A DNA stretch of 60,161 bases from Candidatus Daviesbacteria bacterium (GTDB lineage: Bacteria; Patescibacteriota; Microgenomatia; Daviesbacterales; UBA10151): positions 1 to 60,161 of the forward strand of contig DOWS01000020.1 of the NCBI GenBank assembly GCA_003519445.1. Direction: 5' to 3'. The notes under the pieces are model-generated. The model was not told where the DNA came from, searched no databases, and worked only from the letters and a program-made list of their open reading frames with translations. Below are positions 27,432 to 37,807 of this stretch, one piece after another. Numbering within the stretch: position 1 is the stretch's first letter; each line of letters starts with the position of its first letter. Both the position numbers and the translations under genes were made by a program.

Positions 27432-28760
27432 TTAAAGACGGTAACCTGCTTCTCCGTGAACAGCCAAATCCAACCCTTTGGCTTCCTCATTAAGAGTTAC
27501 GCGAAGCTCTGTAATAATTTTAACCAGTTTCAATATTACATAAGTGCCAACAAAAGAATATGCCGCCACCACCAAAACAGCCAAAATTTGCAATAAAACC
27601 TGACCGGGATTGCCAAAAAGTAAACCATTGCTGCCGACACTGTTAATAGCTTTTTCCGCAAATACGCCGGTTAAAATCGCCCCGGTCACTCCCCCCATTC
27701 CATGAGCTGCCCAAACATCCAAAGTATCATCAATCCTGGTGTGTAAACTGCGGAAACTCAAAGATAGGTAAGTAACGACACCAGCAAATATGCCAATGGC
27801 AATGGAAGATATCGGGCCGACAAAACCGCTGGCCGGAGTAATTGCCACCAATCCGCACACGGCTCCGGTGGCGGTTGCTAGGGCAGAGGGTTTTTTGTCT
27901 TGCGCCCAGGAAAGAATCATCCAGACTAAGGCTGATGCAGCTGCCGCAGTATTGGTTACCACGAACGCACTCACTGCCAAACCGGATGCTGCCAGAGCCG
28001 ATCCCGCATTAAATCCAAACCAGCCAAACCAAAGCAGACCTGCGCCTAAAAGAACAGTCGGAACATTGTTAGCTACTATTTTATGAGTAGCGTTTTTTCT
28101 TCTGCCAACTAAAATTGCTGCTGCCAAAGCGGAAAAACCCGCAGTGATGTGTACCACAGTTCCTCCGGCAAAATCCAGAGCCCCCAAGGAACGAAGCCAC
28201 CCTCCCACACCCCAAACCCAATGTGCCACCGGGTCATAGATAAAAGTAGTCCACATTAAAACAAATATGACCAGCGCCCTGAAACGGATTCTTTCCACAA
28301 AGGCTCCGATAATTAACGCTGGGGTGATAATGGCAAACATGGCTTGAAAAATCATAAAAGCAAGTTGTGGAATAGTTGAGGCATAATCCGGATTTGGCGC
28401 AAAACCAACGCTTTTTAAGGCAAGAAAATTAAAACCTCCTATTAAACCATTAATATCCTTGCCAAAAACCAGACTGTAACCCAAAATCACCCATTGCAAC
28501 GAAACCAAGGCTAAAATAACCAAAGAATGTTTAATCACCGAAACTACATTTTTGCTACTCACCATACCTCCATAGAAAAACCCCACTGCCGGGGTCATAA
28601 TCATCACCAAAGCTGCCGCCATCAAAACCCAGGCTGTATCTCCTGTGTTTATGGCGCCCAGATCAAAACTGCCTGCAGAAGTGCCGGCTAATTTAGTAGC
28701 CATATACCCTGTAAATAACCCTAAAAGTACCAATAAAAAGGTCAGTCTTTTTAAATTCAT
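27432..28760 (-). CDS. amtB: Ammonium transporter
   Basis: FQAMFA, DFAGGTVVH, LLWFGWFGFNAGS, IDDTLDV..AHG. Confidence 0.95.
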   Translation of the reverse strand: MNLKRLTFLLVLLGLFTGYMATKLAGTSAGSFDLGAINTGDTAWVLMAAALVMIMTPAVGFFYGGMVSSKNVVSVIKHSLVILALVSLQWVILGYSLVFGKDINGLIGGFNFLALKSVGFAPNPDYASTIPQLAFMIFQAMFAIITPALIIGAFVERIRFRALVIFVLMWTTFIYDPVAHWVWGVGGWLRSLGALDFAGGTVVHITAGFSALAAAILVGRRKNATHKIVANNVPTVLLGAGLLWFGWFGFNAGSALAASGLAVSAFVVTNTAAAASALVWMILSWAQDKKPSALATATGAVCGLVAITPASGFVGPISSIAIGIFAGVVTYLSLSFRSLHTRIDDTLDVWAAHGMGGVTGAILTGVFAEKAINSVGSNGLLFGNPGQVLLQILAVLVVAAYSFVGTYVILKLVKIITELRVTLNEEAKGLDLAVHGEAGYRL

Positions 28761-28762
28761 TT

Positions 28763-30202
28763 TTAAAAATTGTTCCATAAAACCTGATTAGTTACTTCAT
28801 GATGATAAATAATTTCCGAAGTTTTGATCAGTTTGCCCAACTCTTTAGGACTTCTGTCTGCCACTGTTTCCTTAAAAGATAGGTATTTTTGTTTGTTTTC
28901 TTCACCCAAAATTTTGGCAGTAAAGTCGCTTGCTTTAAAAAGCCTGATGGCATCATGAATTGTGCCGGGCAGAAACCTTAATCTGACCCTCCTATTTTTT
29001 GATTGAGCCGGCTTTTTGCCTTCCAGCCCGGTTTTTAAAATAGTAAACAAAGCCAAATACGGATTTGTATCAGGAGCTACAGAGCGGATTTCAATTCTGG
29101 CTGTTTTTTCATTACCTGTTGGAATCCTGATCATGGAACCCCGGTCAATAGGAGAAACTTTTATCTGGTTGGGGGCTTCAAAATAAGGATCTAATCTTCT
29201 ATAAGCATTGACGCTGGAATTTAAAATCAGGCAAATTTCCGGAGCATGGTTTAATATCCTAAAGATAAAATCCCACGCTAGCTCCGATAAGGTATCCTGA
29301 CCGTTTTTTTGATAAAAAATATTTTTCCCGTTTTTGGCCATAGAGAAATTAGTATGCATGCCTGACCCATTAATATTGGCAATAGGTTTTGGCAGAAAAG
29401 TCGCTGTCATACCCATATTGTTAGCCACTTGCCGGCACACCAGTTTATAAAGCTGTATTTGATCGCAGGCTCTAACTACTTCGGTATAACTAAAATTCAA
29501 TTCAAATTGCGATGGGGCTACTTCCGGATGATCTTTTTCGTTTTTAAAACCCATTGCTCTTTGAGCTTCTGCCGCGGCGTCTATAAATTTGCGCAACCGG
29601 TCAAGCGGCAAAGAATGGAAATAACCGCCGGTGGAAATTAATTTAAAACCAATATCTTCATCAAAACTCTGCTCCGCGCCAACACCTTCTACCAGAAACC
29701 CTTCGGTTTCCGTAGCCGTATGCACAACAATTCCCTCTGTTTCCTTAAGATTCTTTGTATATAATTTTAGCTGACCTCTAAAATCCGATATATAAGGAGT
29801 CTTGTCCCTACCAAGAACATCGGCAAACATGACCACTTTTCCTCCTCCAAATACATCTGACGGAAGAAAAATTATACTGGCCCAATCTACCTCCAACCTT
29901 AAATCCGATTCATGAAGTGCAGTAAAACCCTTGATGGATGATCCGTCAAAAGTTAAATTGGAAGCAGATTCCAAAAGATATTTTTTATCATAATCCAGCA
30001 TATGAAACCTACCCTCAATGTCTGTAAAACAAAGCGTCACTGCCTTAATCCTTTTTTCTTTTTTCAGGTATAACCTATATTCTTCTTCCAAAACTTTGTT
30101 GCTGACTGTGTGTTGTCTTTCTTTGGCCTTCAGATTCATTTCTTCCAGCTCTTCGTAGGGGATTTCCAGAAAGTTTTTTAACAAAATACTGTTATCTTGC
30201 AT
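28763..30202 (-). CDS. glnA: Glutamine synthetase
   Basis: FDGSSI, HPEVAPSQFE, PKP...NGSGMH, YRRL.P.FEAP, RIEIRS. Confidence 0.93.
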   Translation of the reverse strand: MQDNSILLKNFLEIPYEELEEMNLKAKERQHTVSNKVLEEEYRLYLKKEKRIKAVTLCFTDIEGRFHMLDYDKKYLLESASNLTFDGSSIKGFTALHESDLRLEVDWASIIFLPSDVFGGGKVVMFADVLGRDKTPYISDFRGQLKLYTKNLKETEGIVVHTATETEGFLVEGVGAEQSFDEDIGFKLISTGGYFHSLPLDRLRKFIDAAAEAQRAMGFKNEKDHPEVAPSQFELNFSYTEVVRACDQIQLYKLVCRQVANNMGMTATFLPKPIANINGSGMHTNFSMAKNGKNIFYQKNGQDTLSELAWDFIFRILNHAPEICLILNSSVNAYRRLDPYFEAPNQIKVSPIDRGSMIRIPTGNEKTARIEIRSVAPDTNPYLALFTILKTGLEGKKPAQSKNRRVRLRFLPGTIHDAIRLFKASDFTAKILGEENKQKYLSFKETVADRSPKELGKLIKTSEIIYHHEVTNQVLWNNF

Positions 30203-30239
30203 ATATTAATACTAAAAATAACAAGTATTAATATAATTG

Positions 30240-31112
30240 TCAAGATATTAATTTTAAATTCTGTGGAATTAATGGCAAAAGGTCACTGGCCAATGCCCCT
30301 GCTTCACCTATTTTCTCTCTTAATATTTCCCCTGCCATACCATGAATATAAACACCAACGCACGAAGCATCAAAAGTTGTCAATCCTTGAGCAATCAATC
30401 CTGCAATGACTCCTGCCAACACATCTCCTGTACCGGCAGTTGCTAAAATAGGATTTGCAAAAGGGGAAATAGCGGTTTGAGTAGAAGAAGCGATAACTGT
30501 ATTTGCTCCTTTTAGAACCACTACCTGTCCCCACTCATCTGCAAAGTTTTGGGCAATTTTTTCTCTATCTGCTTGAATCTCTTCTATGCTTAACCCTGTT
30601 AATCTGGACATTTCACCCGGGTGTGGAGTCAAAACTGCGCTATTGCCATAGTTTTCCAATAGTTTATCCCATTCTTTAATCTCGGATAAAATATTTAACC
30701 CATCCCCATCTATTACAAATGTTAAATCCCCTATACCCATTTTAAGCATACGGTAAATAAACTTTGCAGTTCCCTCTTTTTTATTAAGACCCGGACCAAT
30801 AAGTATTACATCATGAGAAATTTTCGCGAAAAGTACATCCAAAGCCATCTCTCCTATTACTCCGTCTTCCTCTGGTAAAACAATAAAAGTGACTTCAGGT
30901 AACTTTTTACTGACAATATTTTGAACAACAGGAATGGTGGCAAGAGTTACCAATCCGGCTCCAACTCTATAACACCCTGCACAAGATAAATATGCAGCCC
31001 CGGGATAATTTTTGGATCCGGCCACTACTAAAACTTTCCCAAAAGTCCCCTTATTGGCATCTTTTGGTCTTTTGGGTAATTTACCAGCTACCCACTCTTT
31101 GGAAATAATCAC
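30240..31112 (-). CDS. nnrD: ADP-dependent NAD(P)H-hydrate dehydratase
   Basis: NKGTFGKVLVVAGS, LTPHPGEM, VLKG, AGTGDVLAG. Confidence 0.93.
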   Translation of the reverse strand: MIISKEWVAGKLPKRPKDANKGTFGKVLVVAGSKNYPGAAYLSCAGCYRVGAGLVTLATIPVVQNIVSKKLPEVTFIVLPEEDGVIGEMALDVLFAKISHDVILIGPGLNKKEGTAKFIYRMLKMGIGDLTFVIDGDGLNILSEIKEWDKLLENYGNSAVLTPHPGEMSRLTGLSIEEIQADREKIAQNFADEWGQVVVLKGANTVIASSTQTAISPFANPILATAGTGDVLAGVIAGLIAQGLTTFDASCVGVYIHGMAGEILREKIGEAGALASDLLPLIPQNLKLIS

Positions 31113-31140
31113 AAAACTATTTTACCACTTTGTTAAAATT

Positions 31141-31176
31141 ACACCCTTGGGGTGGAATAGGTTGACACCTACGGAT
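31141..31176 (+). repeat. 36-bp REP-like repeat, stand-alone copy
   Basis: ACACCCTTGGGGTGGAATAGGTTGACACCTACGGAT; 1 mismatch to 49989-50024. Confidence 0.93.
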
Positions 31177-31221
31177 ATTTTAGTTACTTTGAGCCCAAAA
31201 CAATATGAAAATGTTGGAAAT

Positions 31222-31246
31222 TTAGTTAGGATAATGACACTTTTTG
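31222..31246 (-). repeat. Duplicate of secA 3' end (att-like direct repeat)
   Basis: 23/25 identical to 32648-32672; still reads KKCHYPN-stop. Confidence 0.88.
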
Positions 31247-31271
31247 AAATGTTATACAAATAGGTACCTTA

Positions 31272-32612
31272 CTAATAACCAATACTTAGTTTGGCTCTCG
31301 ATAAATCTATTGAAACAAGTGTTTTATTATTTGAGTGATCTTTGAAGAATAGTATTCCATTTTTTTCTTCCGTATATGAATTGATCATCTTATCTCTAAT
31401 TTCTTCTATCTTTGAAGTAGTTTGTGTATTAAACTCCTTTGCCTCCATTAAATTTGTTAATGCTAATTTTTGTAAATCAACTAAATAAACATCTAAGATC
31501 GAACTGATCAGGGGAACTTTGAGACTTGGGCCTCTCCCTACTGCCCGCATAAAGATTATATATCTTTTATCTTGTGATAAGTACGATTGCATGTTTACAT
31601 CTGAGTACGATCTTAGGCTGAGTTCGTCTGAAATTTTCCCATCAAATACTTTTACCGGAAACTCTCCAGAAGCTAAAGAATATACTCCATCGGAGGCGAG
31701 TAGATAATATTTTTCATTAACTTTGGGTGAAATAGATATGAATGTTGGAAACTTTACAATAGGCTTATTTATTACTGAATAAAGTCCATGTTCCTTAATA
31801 TATTTGTCTTGGTCTACGGGGATTTCCTCCCATTGCTTATTCTTATTGTTAAAAATAGAGATATTTCCCTTACAATATGCTCCTATAGATGCAGTGAGTG
31901 TAATAGTATCATTGTCATTAAAAATTGCTTCTGGGAAGCATTGATTTTTATATATGTCTTGTTTTGCATAAGTTTTAATGTAGTCAGTCGTAATATCCAT
32001 TTGCATCACACCATCCCAGGAACTCATCCAAAGAATAAAGCCTTGCGAGGCAAGGGATAAGTTTATTTTACGACCATCGTAAACATGGGGATTATTTTCT
32101 AAATCTTTTCTAATGTCAAAAGGGTTAGGCAAGGGAGGAATTTCACTAAAATATGTTTTAACAATACTGCTGTTCGGTAGATCAATTTTATATAAAACAG
32201 AATAGGTAAGGCTACTATTCTGGGGAAGGTCTTGCCGCTCATAACAACTTATATACAAACTAGTCCCAACAAGAGCTGAATCATTAATACAATCTAAAAC
32301 ATTTGTGTTGTTTTGGCGAATAATTTTTTGGCTGTCAGGGTCATATTCAACTATCTTATTATAGCCAACGATTAATAAGTGATTATTATATTTATGGATC
32401 TGCCGATAATCTATGAAGTGGGGTAAATCATTCAGACTAAGTTTATCAAAATTTGGTACATAATTAATTAAAATATTAGGAATTATCTCATTTTTTACAT
32501 CAGTGCCAATTTTTAATTTTTCTTTTAGTTGAGGCGAAAAAGTTAAAATTCCCACTCCTATAATTGCCAAAATAATAAGAATAAAATATACGGAAACAAA
32601 CCCTCTATGCAT
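31272..32612 (-). CDS. Hypothetical exported protein, AT-rich, beta-rich
   Basis: About 446-aa ORF; N-terminal MHRGF plus hydrophobic helix; start chosen at ATG 32612. Confidence 0.75.
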   Translation of the reverse strand: MHRGFVSVYFILIILAIIGVGILTFSPQLKEKLKIGTDVKNEIIPNILINYVPNFDKLSLNDLPHFIDYRQIHKYNNHLLIVGYNKIVEYDPDSQKIIRQNNTNVLDCINDSALVGTSLYISCYERQDLPQNSSLTYSVLYKIDLPNSSIVKTYFSEIPPLPNPFDIRKDLENNPHVYDGRKINLSLASQGFILWMSSWDGVMQMDITTDYIKTYAKQDIYKNQCFPEAIFNDNDTITLTASIGAYCKGNISIFNNKNKQWEEIPVDQDKYIKEHGLYSVINKPIVKFPTFISISPKVNEKYYLLASDGVYSLASGEFPVKVFDGKISDELSLRSYSDVNMQSYLSQDKRYIIFMRAVGRGPSLKVPLISSILDVYLVDLQKLALTNLMEAKEFNTQTTSKIEEIRDKMINSYTEEKNGILFFKDHSNNKTLVSIDLSRAKLSIGY

Positions 32613-32647
32613 TAAAATTAATAATATCACATACTAGAAACTAGAAA

Positions 32648-35332
32648 TTAATTAGGATAATGACACTTCTTGTATTTTTTGCCGGAACCACAATAACAGG
32701 GATCGTTTCTGCCGATTTTTCCGTGAGTCTTGGTTAGTTGACCTTGTCCTCCATAGGTTTCTTGCGCTATCACCTGCCCACCTCTTTCAATTGTAACTTT
32801 TGTTACTCCACCCTCTTCTGCTTTTCCGGTTTTTACTTCCTTTTTTTCAGTTTCTACCCCGATTTCTATTTCAGGATGTTTTTCCTCCACCGCCTCTTTT
32901 TGTACCAGAGGTGCTTGCTGCTGCAACGCCACTTTATAAATCCTGTGGACTATTTCATAATCTACCTCCACCATTAATTTTTCAAACAAATCAAAACCTT
33001 CTCTTTTATATTCAATTAAAGGATCTCTTTGGGCATACCCCCTAAGCCCTATTCCGGAACGCAGATCATCCATTGTATCAAGATGTTCAATCCATAAAGT
33101 ATCAATGGTATTTAGATAAACAAATACTTCCATTTGTCTTGCCACATCAATTCCCACCTGATTTTCGCGCTGTTCATAAAAATTCCTGGCCAAACCTGTT
33201 AAAAATTCACTTATTTGGGAAGGGTCGGAAAGAGTTGAAATTTTGCTTTCTATATCTTTCTTGCTTTGATCATCAATTGGCGCAATAGTGGAAAACTCCT
33301 CCACGATTTTCCCAACATCCAAACCTTCTTCAGAATGTATGATGACAAGATTTTTAATTTCTCCGGCTACTTTTTCCAGAATTTCCTCTTTCAAAGATGT
33401 ATCTTTTTTCTGCGCTGCTTCCAAAACTCTTTTCCTTACTCCGTAAATAATTTGTCGTTGCTGGTTCATCACATCATCGTATTCAACCGTGTTTTTCCTG
33501 ATGTCAAAATTGTGGCCTTCCACTTTTTTCTGCGCGCCTTCAATGGCTTTTGAAACCAAACCATGTTCGATAGGGGTATCTTCCGGCATTTTAAGAAAAT
33601 CCATCACCCGGGAAACCTGATCTCCTCCAAAAATCCTCATCAGGTCATCTTCCAAAGAAACAAAAAACCTCGACTCACCCGGATCACCCTGGCGGCCTGA
33701 TCTTCCCCGAAGCTGATTATCTATACGGCGGGACTCATGTCTTTCTGTTCCAATCACAAAAAGCCCACCCAATTCTGTAATACCTTTACTTAAAACAATA
33801 TCCACTCCCCTTCCTGCCATATTAGTAGCCACAGTCACAGCGCCTTTTTCTCCTGCATGAGATATAATCTCTGCTTCTTTCTCGTGATTTTTGGCATTTA
33901 AAAGTGCGTGGGATACGCCCTTTCTTTTTAAAAGCTCCGAGAGAAATTCATTTTTTTCAATTGAGGTCGTACCTATCAAAACCGGCTGGCCTTTTTTGTG
34001 AAGCTCCTCCACTAAACCGGCAACTGCAGTGTATTTAGCGCTTATGGTTTTATAAATTGTATCCGCATGATCTACCCTGATCATAGGATTATTAGTTGGA
34101 ATTACCACCACTTCCAGTTTGTAAATTTTATTAAATTCTTCTGCTTCTGTGGCCGCAGTGCCTGTCATACCGGAGAGTTTCACATACATCCTAAAATAAT
34201 TTTGAAAAGAAATGGTAGCCAAAGTTTGAGACTCCTGTTGAATAGCCACTCCTTCTTTAGCCTCAATTGCCTGATGCAAACCCTCGGAATAACGGCGGCC
34301 CATCATTAGCCTGCCGGTAAATTCATCAACAATAATTATCTCTCCGTCTTTAACCACATAATCTTTATCTTTTTCAAATAAGGTTTTTGCTTTTAGGGCC
34401 TGCTCAAGATGATGCAGTGTGGAAAAATCTTTTTCGTAAAGATTATCAACTCCCAACATTTTCTCTATCTTCAAAATACCGTTTTCTGTCATATGGGCAG
34501 TCCGCAGTTTTTCATCCACCACGAAGTCCGACGGTAACAGTGAATTTATCAACTCTACGAATTTAGAATATTTATCAGTTGCCTCCTGTGCCGGCTGGGA
34601 AATAATTAAAGGAGTTCTCGCCTCATCAATTAAAATTGAATCTACCTCGTCAACTACTGCAAAATAGTGACCTCTTTGAACCTGATCCTCCAAACGGAAA
34701 GCCATGTTATCCCGCAGATAATCAAATCCAAACTCATTATTGGTACCATAGGTAATATCTGCCTGGTAAGCCTCTTTTCGCGAAACAGGGCGAAGGTGTT
34801 GCAGTCTTTTGTCATCATGAGATAAATCTTTATATTTTGGATCATACACAAAAGCAGCCTCATGAACAATGGTGGCACATGTGGCTCCCAAAGCATAAAA
34901 AATTGGCCCCATCCATCCACAGTCTCTTTGTGCCAAATAATCATTAACAGTTACAAGATGCACCCCTTTTCCGGCAACAGCATTTAAAAATAGAGCCGGG
35001 GTACTGGATAGGGTTTTTCCTTCGCCTGTTTTTTGCTCCGCAATCCTGCCTTGATGAAGAACCACTGCCGCCATCATCTGTACGTCAAAATGGCGTTGTT
35101 TAATAGTTCTTGAACTTGCTTCCCGAACAGCGGCAAAAGCCTCAGGAAGTAACTCATCCAGACTTTTTCCCCGTTCGTGTTGCAATCTAAACCCGGCAAG
35201 TTTACCCTGAAGTTCTTTATCAGTCAGTTTAGATACTTTTTTTTCAAGAGCATTAATCGCATCAACAATAGGTTTTAGTTTTTTAATCTCCCGCTCATTG
35301 GAATCTAACAGCTTTCCAAAAATTCCTAGCAT
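32648..35332 (-). CDS. secA: Preprotein translocase SecA
   Basis: KTGEGKT, VDEVDSILIDEART, QLRGRSGRQGDPG, C-terminal CYCGSGKKYKKCH. Confidence 0.98.
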   Translation of the reverse strand: MLGIFGKLLDSNEREIKKLKPIVDAINALEKKVSKLTDKELQGKLAGFRLQHERGKSLDELLPEAFAAVREASSRTIKQRHFDVQMMAAVVLHQGRIAEQKTGEGKTLSSTPALFLNAVAGKGVHLVTVNDYLAQRDCGWMGPIFYALGATCATIVHEAAFVYDPKYKDLSHDDKRLQHLRPVSRKEAYQADITYGTNNEFGFDYLRDNMAFRLEDQVQRGHYFAVVDEVDSILIDEARTPLIISQPAQEATDKYSKFVELINSLLPSDFVVDEKLRTAHMTENGILKIEKMLGVDNLYEKDFSTLHHLEQALKAKTLFEKDKDYVVKDGEIIIVDEFTGRLMMGRRYSEGLHQAIEAKEGVAIQQESQTLATISFQNYFRMYVKLSGMTGTAATEAEEFNKIYKLEVVVIPTNNPMIRVDHADTIYKTISAKYTAVAGLVEELHKKGQPVLIGTTSIEKNEFLSELLKRKGVSHALLNAKNHEKEAEIISHAGEKGAVTVATNMAGRGVDIVLSKGITELGGLFVIGTERHESRRIDNQLRGRSGRQGDPGESRFFVSLEDDLMRIFGGDQVSRVMDFLKMPEDTPIEHGLVSKAIEGAQKKVEGHNFDIRKNTVEYDDVMNQQRQIIYGVRKRVLEAAQKKDTSLKEEILEKVAGEIKNLVIIHSEEGLDVGKIVEEFSTIAPIDDQSKKDIESKISTLSDPSQISEFLTGLARNFYEQRENQVGIDVARQMEVFVYLNTIDTLWIEHLDTMDDLRSGIGLRGYAQRDPLIEYKREGFDLFEKLMVEVDYEIVHRIYKVALQQQAPLVQKEAVEEKHPEIEIGVETEKKEVKTGKAEEGGVTKVTIERGGQVIAQETYGGQGQLTKTHGKIGRNDPCYCGSGKKYKKCHYPN

Positions 35333-35397
35333 AGTGCATATTATACCATTGACATTTAACTAACTAATTTATAAACTATAAATAACAAACTGCCCAA

Positions 35398-36240
35398 ATG
35401 GATAACACACAAAAACCTAGCTCATTACCCACCTTTGATCCAGTACCTCCTCCAAGCCCTCCGCAATATCCCACCTTTCCCCAAGAACCACCTCCTATAA
35501 CTCCTGCACCTCCACCCCCTGTTACTACCCCTCCATGGCCTCCGGCTCCGGAACCTGCTCCTGTTTCACCCTTACCTCCCTTTCCAAGCGAACCTTTTAC
35601 TCCAGTAGAGCCAAACTTGAATTCTGCAAATCTCTCTTCAGGCTGGCCTCCGCCCCCGACATCACCTGCTCCACCAACCCCACCTCCCCCTCCAAATATT
35701 TCGACATCCCCTCTTGATAATCCCTGGGGTGCACCACCTCAACCACCTCCCATAAGTAATCCTTCAACTCCACCTCCATGGACGCCACCTCAAACGCCGG
35801 TTGAAACTTCAGATTCACCACCCACTGATTTATCACATCTGGTTGGAAACAGCTCCCAGCCGGAACCAACGCCAACAAATTTAAATCAGGCGGAAACGCT
35901 GGTTGTTCCATCAACCATTACTCCTGAAACATCTACCGAACCTTCTGAACATAACAAGAGAGGAGTACCAAAATGGTTAATTGGTGTAGGGGTGGGACTT
36001 TTGCTTGCGGTACTCGGTGTTTCTGCTTATTTTATTATGGGGATTGGCCAGACTCCCAAAACAACCAGCTTACCGGCAGTTGATACTTCACAAGCAACAC
36101 AAATTAAACCTCCTGCCCCGATTGCTACTCCACCAGTTCAATCCCCGGCTCCTGTAGATAATTCTGCCAGTTTTGGGGATTTACAAGGCGGGGGACAACA
36201 AGCTACCCGGGCAGGAGACTTACTCCGCCAAGGAAGATAA
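35398..36240 (+). CDS. Proline-rich single-pass membrane protein
   Basis: About 190-aa P/S/T-rich N-terminus and TM WLIGVGVGLLLAVLGVSAYFIM. Confidence 0.75.
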   Translation: MDNTQKPSSLPTFDPVPPPSPPQYPTFPQEPPPITPAPPPPVTTPPWPPAPEPAPVSPLPPFPSEPFTPVEPNLNSANLSSGWPPPPTSPAPPTPPPPPNISTSPLDNPWGAPPQPPPISNPSTPPPWTPPQTPVETSDSPPTDLSHLVGNSSQPEPTPTNLNQAETLVVPSTITPETSTEPSEHNKRGVPKWLIGVGVGLLLAVLGVSAYFIMGIGQTPKTTSLPAVDTSQATQIKPPAPIATPPVQSPAPVDNSASFGDLQGGGQQATRAGDLLRQGR

Positions 36241-36516
36241 TTACTTTATTCCTTTGTGAATATACTTTAGCCACCAATTTTTAACAAGAGGGACAGATAA
36301 AGTTGATAAAATAAATGCCACTGCCGGAACTATGGAATTAACAAAAGGTTGACTAATACCCGCGAACAAAAAGAAAAGCGAAATTACGAAATAAGTTAAA
36401 AGAGATATCAAAAGTTTTCTGGTCCAACTTACCTCCCAGGATTTTTCTCTCTCCACCCGTTTGTTTCTTTCTTTAATTTTATTAATTTCCAATTCTAAAT
36501 CTTGAATTGTAGCCAT
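36241..36516 (-). CDS. Small membrane protein (coiled N-terminus plus 2 TM)
   Basis: MATIQDLE...ERNKRVEREKSWEVSWTRK; track start 36558 lies inside the repeat. Confidence 0.75.
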   Translation of the reverse strand: MATIQDLELEINKIKERNKRVEREKSWEVSWTRKLLISLLTYFVISLFFLFAGISQPFVNSIVPAVAFILSTLSVPLVKNWWLKYIHKGIK

Positions 36517-36519
36517 AAG

Positions 36520-36575
36520 TTTTAGCTTTCCAATCCCGGATTGGAATTGACTTGACAATCCGGGATTGTAGGTTC
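36520..36575. repeat. 56-bp double-palindrome REP-like element, copy 2 (just after serS stop)
   Basis: Identical to 12154-12209. Confidence 0.95.
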
Positions 36576-37806
36576 ATTTAGATTTGATTTCAGAAAATCC
36601 GGTGTATTTTTGTAAAACTTCCGGAATTTTGACAGATCCATCTTCTGCTTGAAAATTTTCCAATAGGGGAATCAGAATGCGGGGAGAGGCAATGGCAGTA
36701 TTATTTAAGGCATGGCAGAATTTTATTTGCCCATCTTTATCGCGATATTTAATCTTTAATCTTCTGGTTTGGAAATCCAAACACATGGAATTTGAATGGG
36801 TTTCGCCGTACCCGTCTCTGCCGGGCATCCAGGTTTCTATATCATAAGTTATGGCCGCCTTTTTCCCCATATCTTGACTTGATAAAACCACCACTTGATA
36901 GGGGAGTCCAAGCATATCCAAAATCTCCTCGCTATTTTCCTGCAGCTCCTCAAAAAAACCCAAAGACTCCTGTTCGTCCGCTTCGCATAACACAACCTGT
37001 TCTACTTTAACAAATTCATGTACCCTATAAAGACCCTTGGTATCTTTTCCGTATGAACCAATTTCCGTTCTAAAACAAGGCGAAAGAGCCACATATTTTT
37101 TAGGTAAATCTTTTATATCAAAAGTTTCACCGGAATGCATAGCCATCAAGGGAATTTCCGCCGTACCAACTAAATATTCATCCTCTCCTAATTTATATGT
37201 ATCTTCTTCGTTCCAGGGAAACTGTCCCCCTCCTAAAAGAGCAAACCCTTTATTGATAATAGGAGGAATAATCTGTTGAAGTCCCTTTTGAGTTAAATGA
37301 TCCAAGGCAAATTTTAAAACTGCGCAGTGCAATTTTGCTCCCTCATTCTTTAAATAATATCCCCGAAATCCTGCCACTTTCACTCCCCTGTCAAAATCAA
37401 TAATATCTAAAAGTTTTCCCAGTTCTATATGATCTTTGGGCTTAAAATTAAATTTAGTTGGTTCACCATTTTTACGGATAACTTTATTTTTAGAGGCATC
37501 CCCTATTGGCACTTCATCCAGTATAATATTCGGCACTTGCAGCATTATTTCTTGCCAGTTCTTTTCTACCTCAGCCAGGTTTTTCTCAAAATCACCGAGT
37601 TCCTGTTTTATTTTTTTTCCGGCTTCTATATTCTTGGCTTTCGCATTCTCATTTCGTTTTGCCCGCAAATCATCTACCTGTTGGATGAGTTTTTTTCTAT
37701 CATCATCCAAAGATAAAAGCTTATTTAAGTCCACTTGAGCTTTTCTGACTTCAACAGATTTTTTAACTTTGTCTAAATTGTCTCTAATAAAATTAATGTC
37801 TAACAT
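36574..37806 (-). CDS. serS: Serine--tRNA ligase
   Basis: MLDINFIR, GTAE, FRTE.G..G.DTKGLYRVHEF.KVE, HALNNTA. Confidence 0.97.
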   Translation of the reverse strand: MLDINFIRDNLDKVKKSVEVRKAQVDLNKLLSLDDDRKKLIQQVDDLRAKRNENAKAKNIEAGKKIKQELGDFEKNLAEVEKNWQEIMLQVPNIILDEVPIGDASKNKVIRKNGEPTKFNFKPKDHIELGKLLDIIDFDRGVKVAGFRGYYLKNEGAKLHCAVLKFALDHLTQKGLQQIIPPIINKGFALLGGGQFPWNEEDTYKLGEDEYLVGTAEIPLMAMHSGETFDIKDLPKKYVALSPCFRTEIGSYGKDTKGLYRVHEFVKVEQVVLCEADEQESLGFFEELQENSEEILDMLGLPYQVVVLSSQDMGKKAAITYDIETWMPGRDGYGETHSNSMCLDFQTRRLKIKYRDKDGQIKFCHALNNTAIASPRILIPLLENFQAEDGSVKIPEVLQKYTGFSEIKSK

Positions 37807-37807
37807 A

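Noticed and set aside
36517..36558. N-terminal extension MSSQFQSGIGKLKL of ORF 36241-36558
   Set aside because: It is translation of the 56-bp repeat; ATG 36516 is the likelier start
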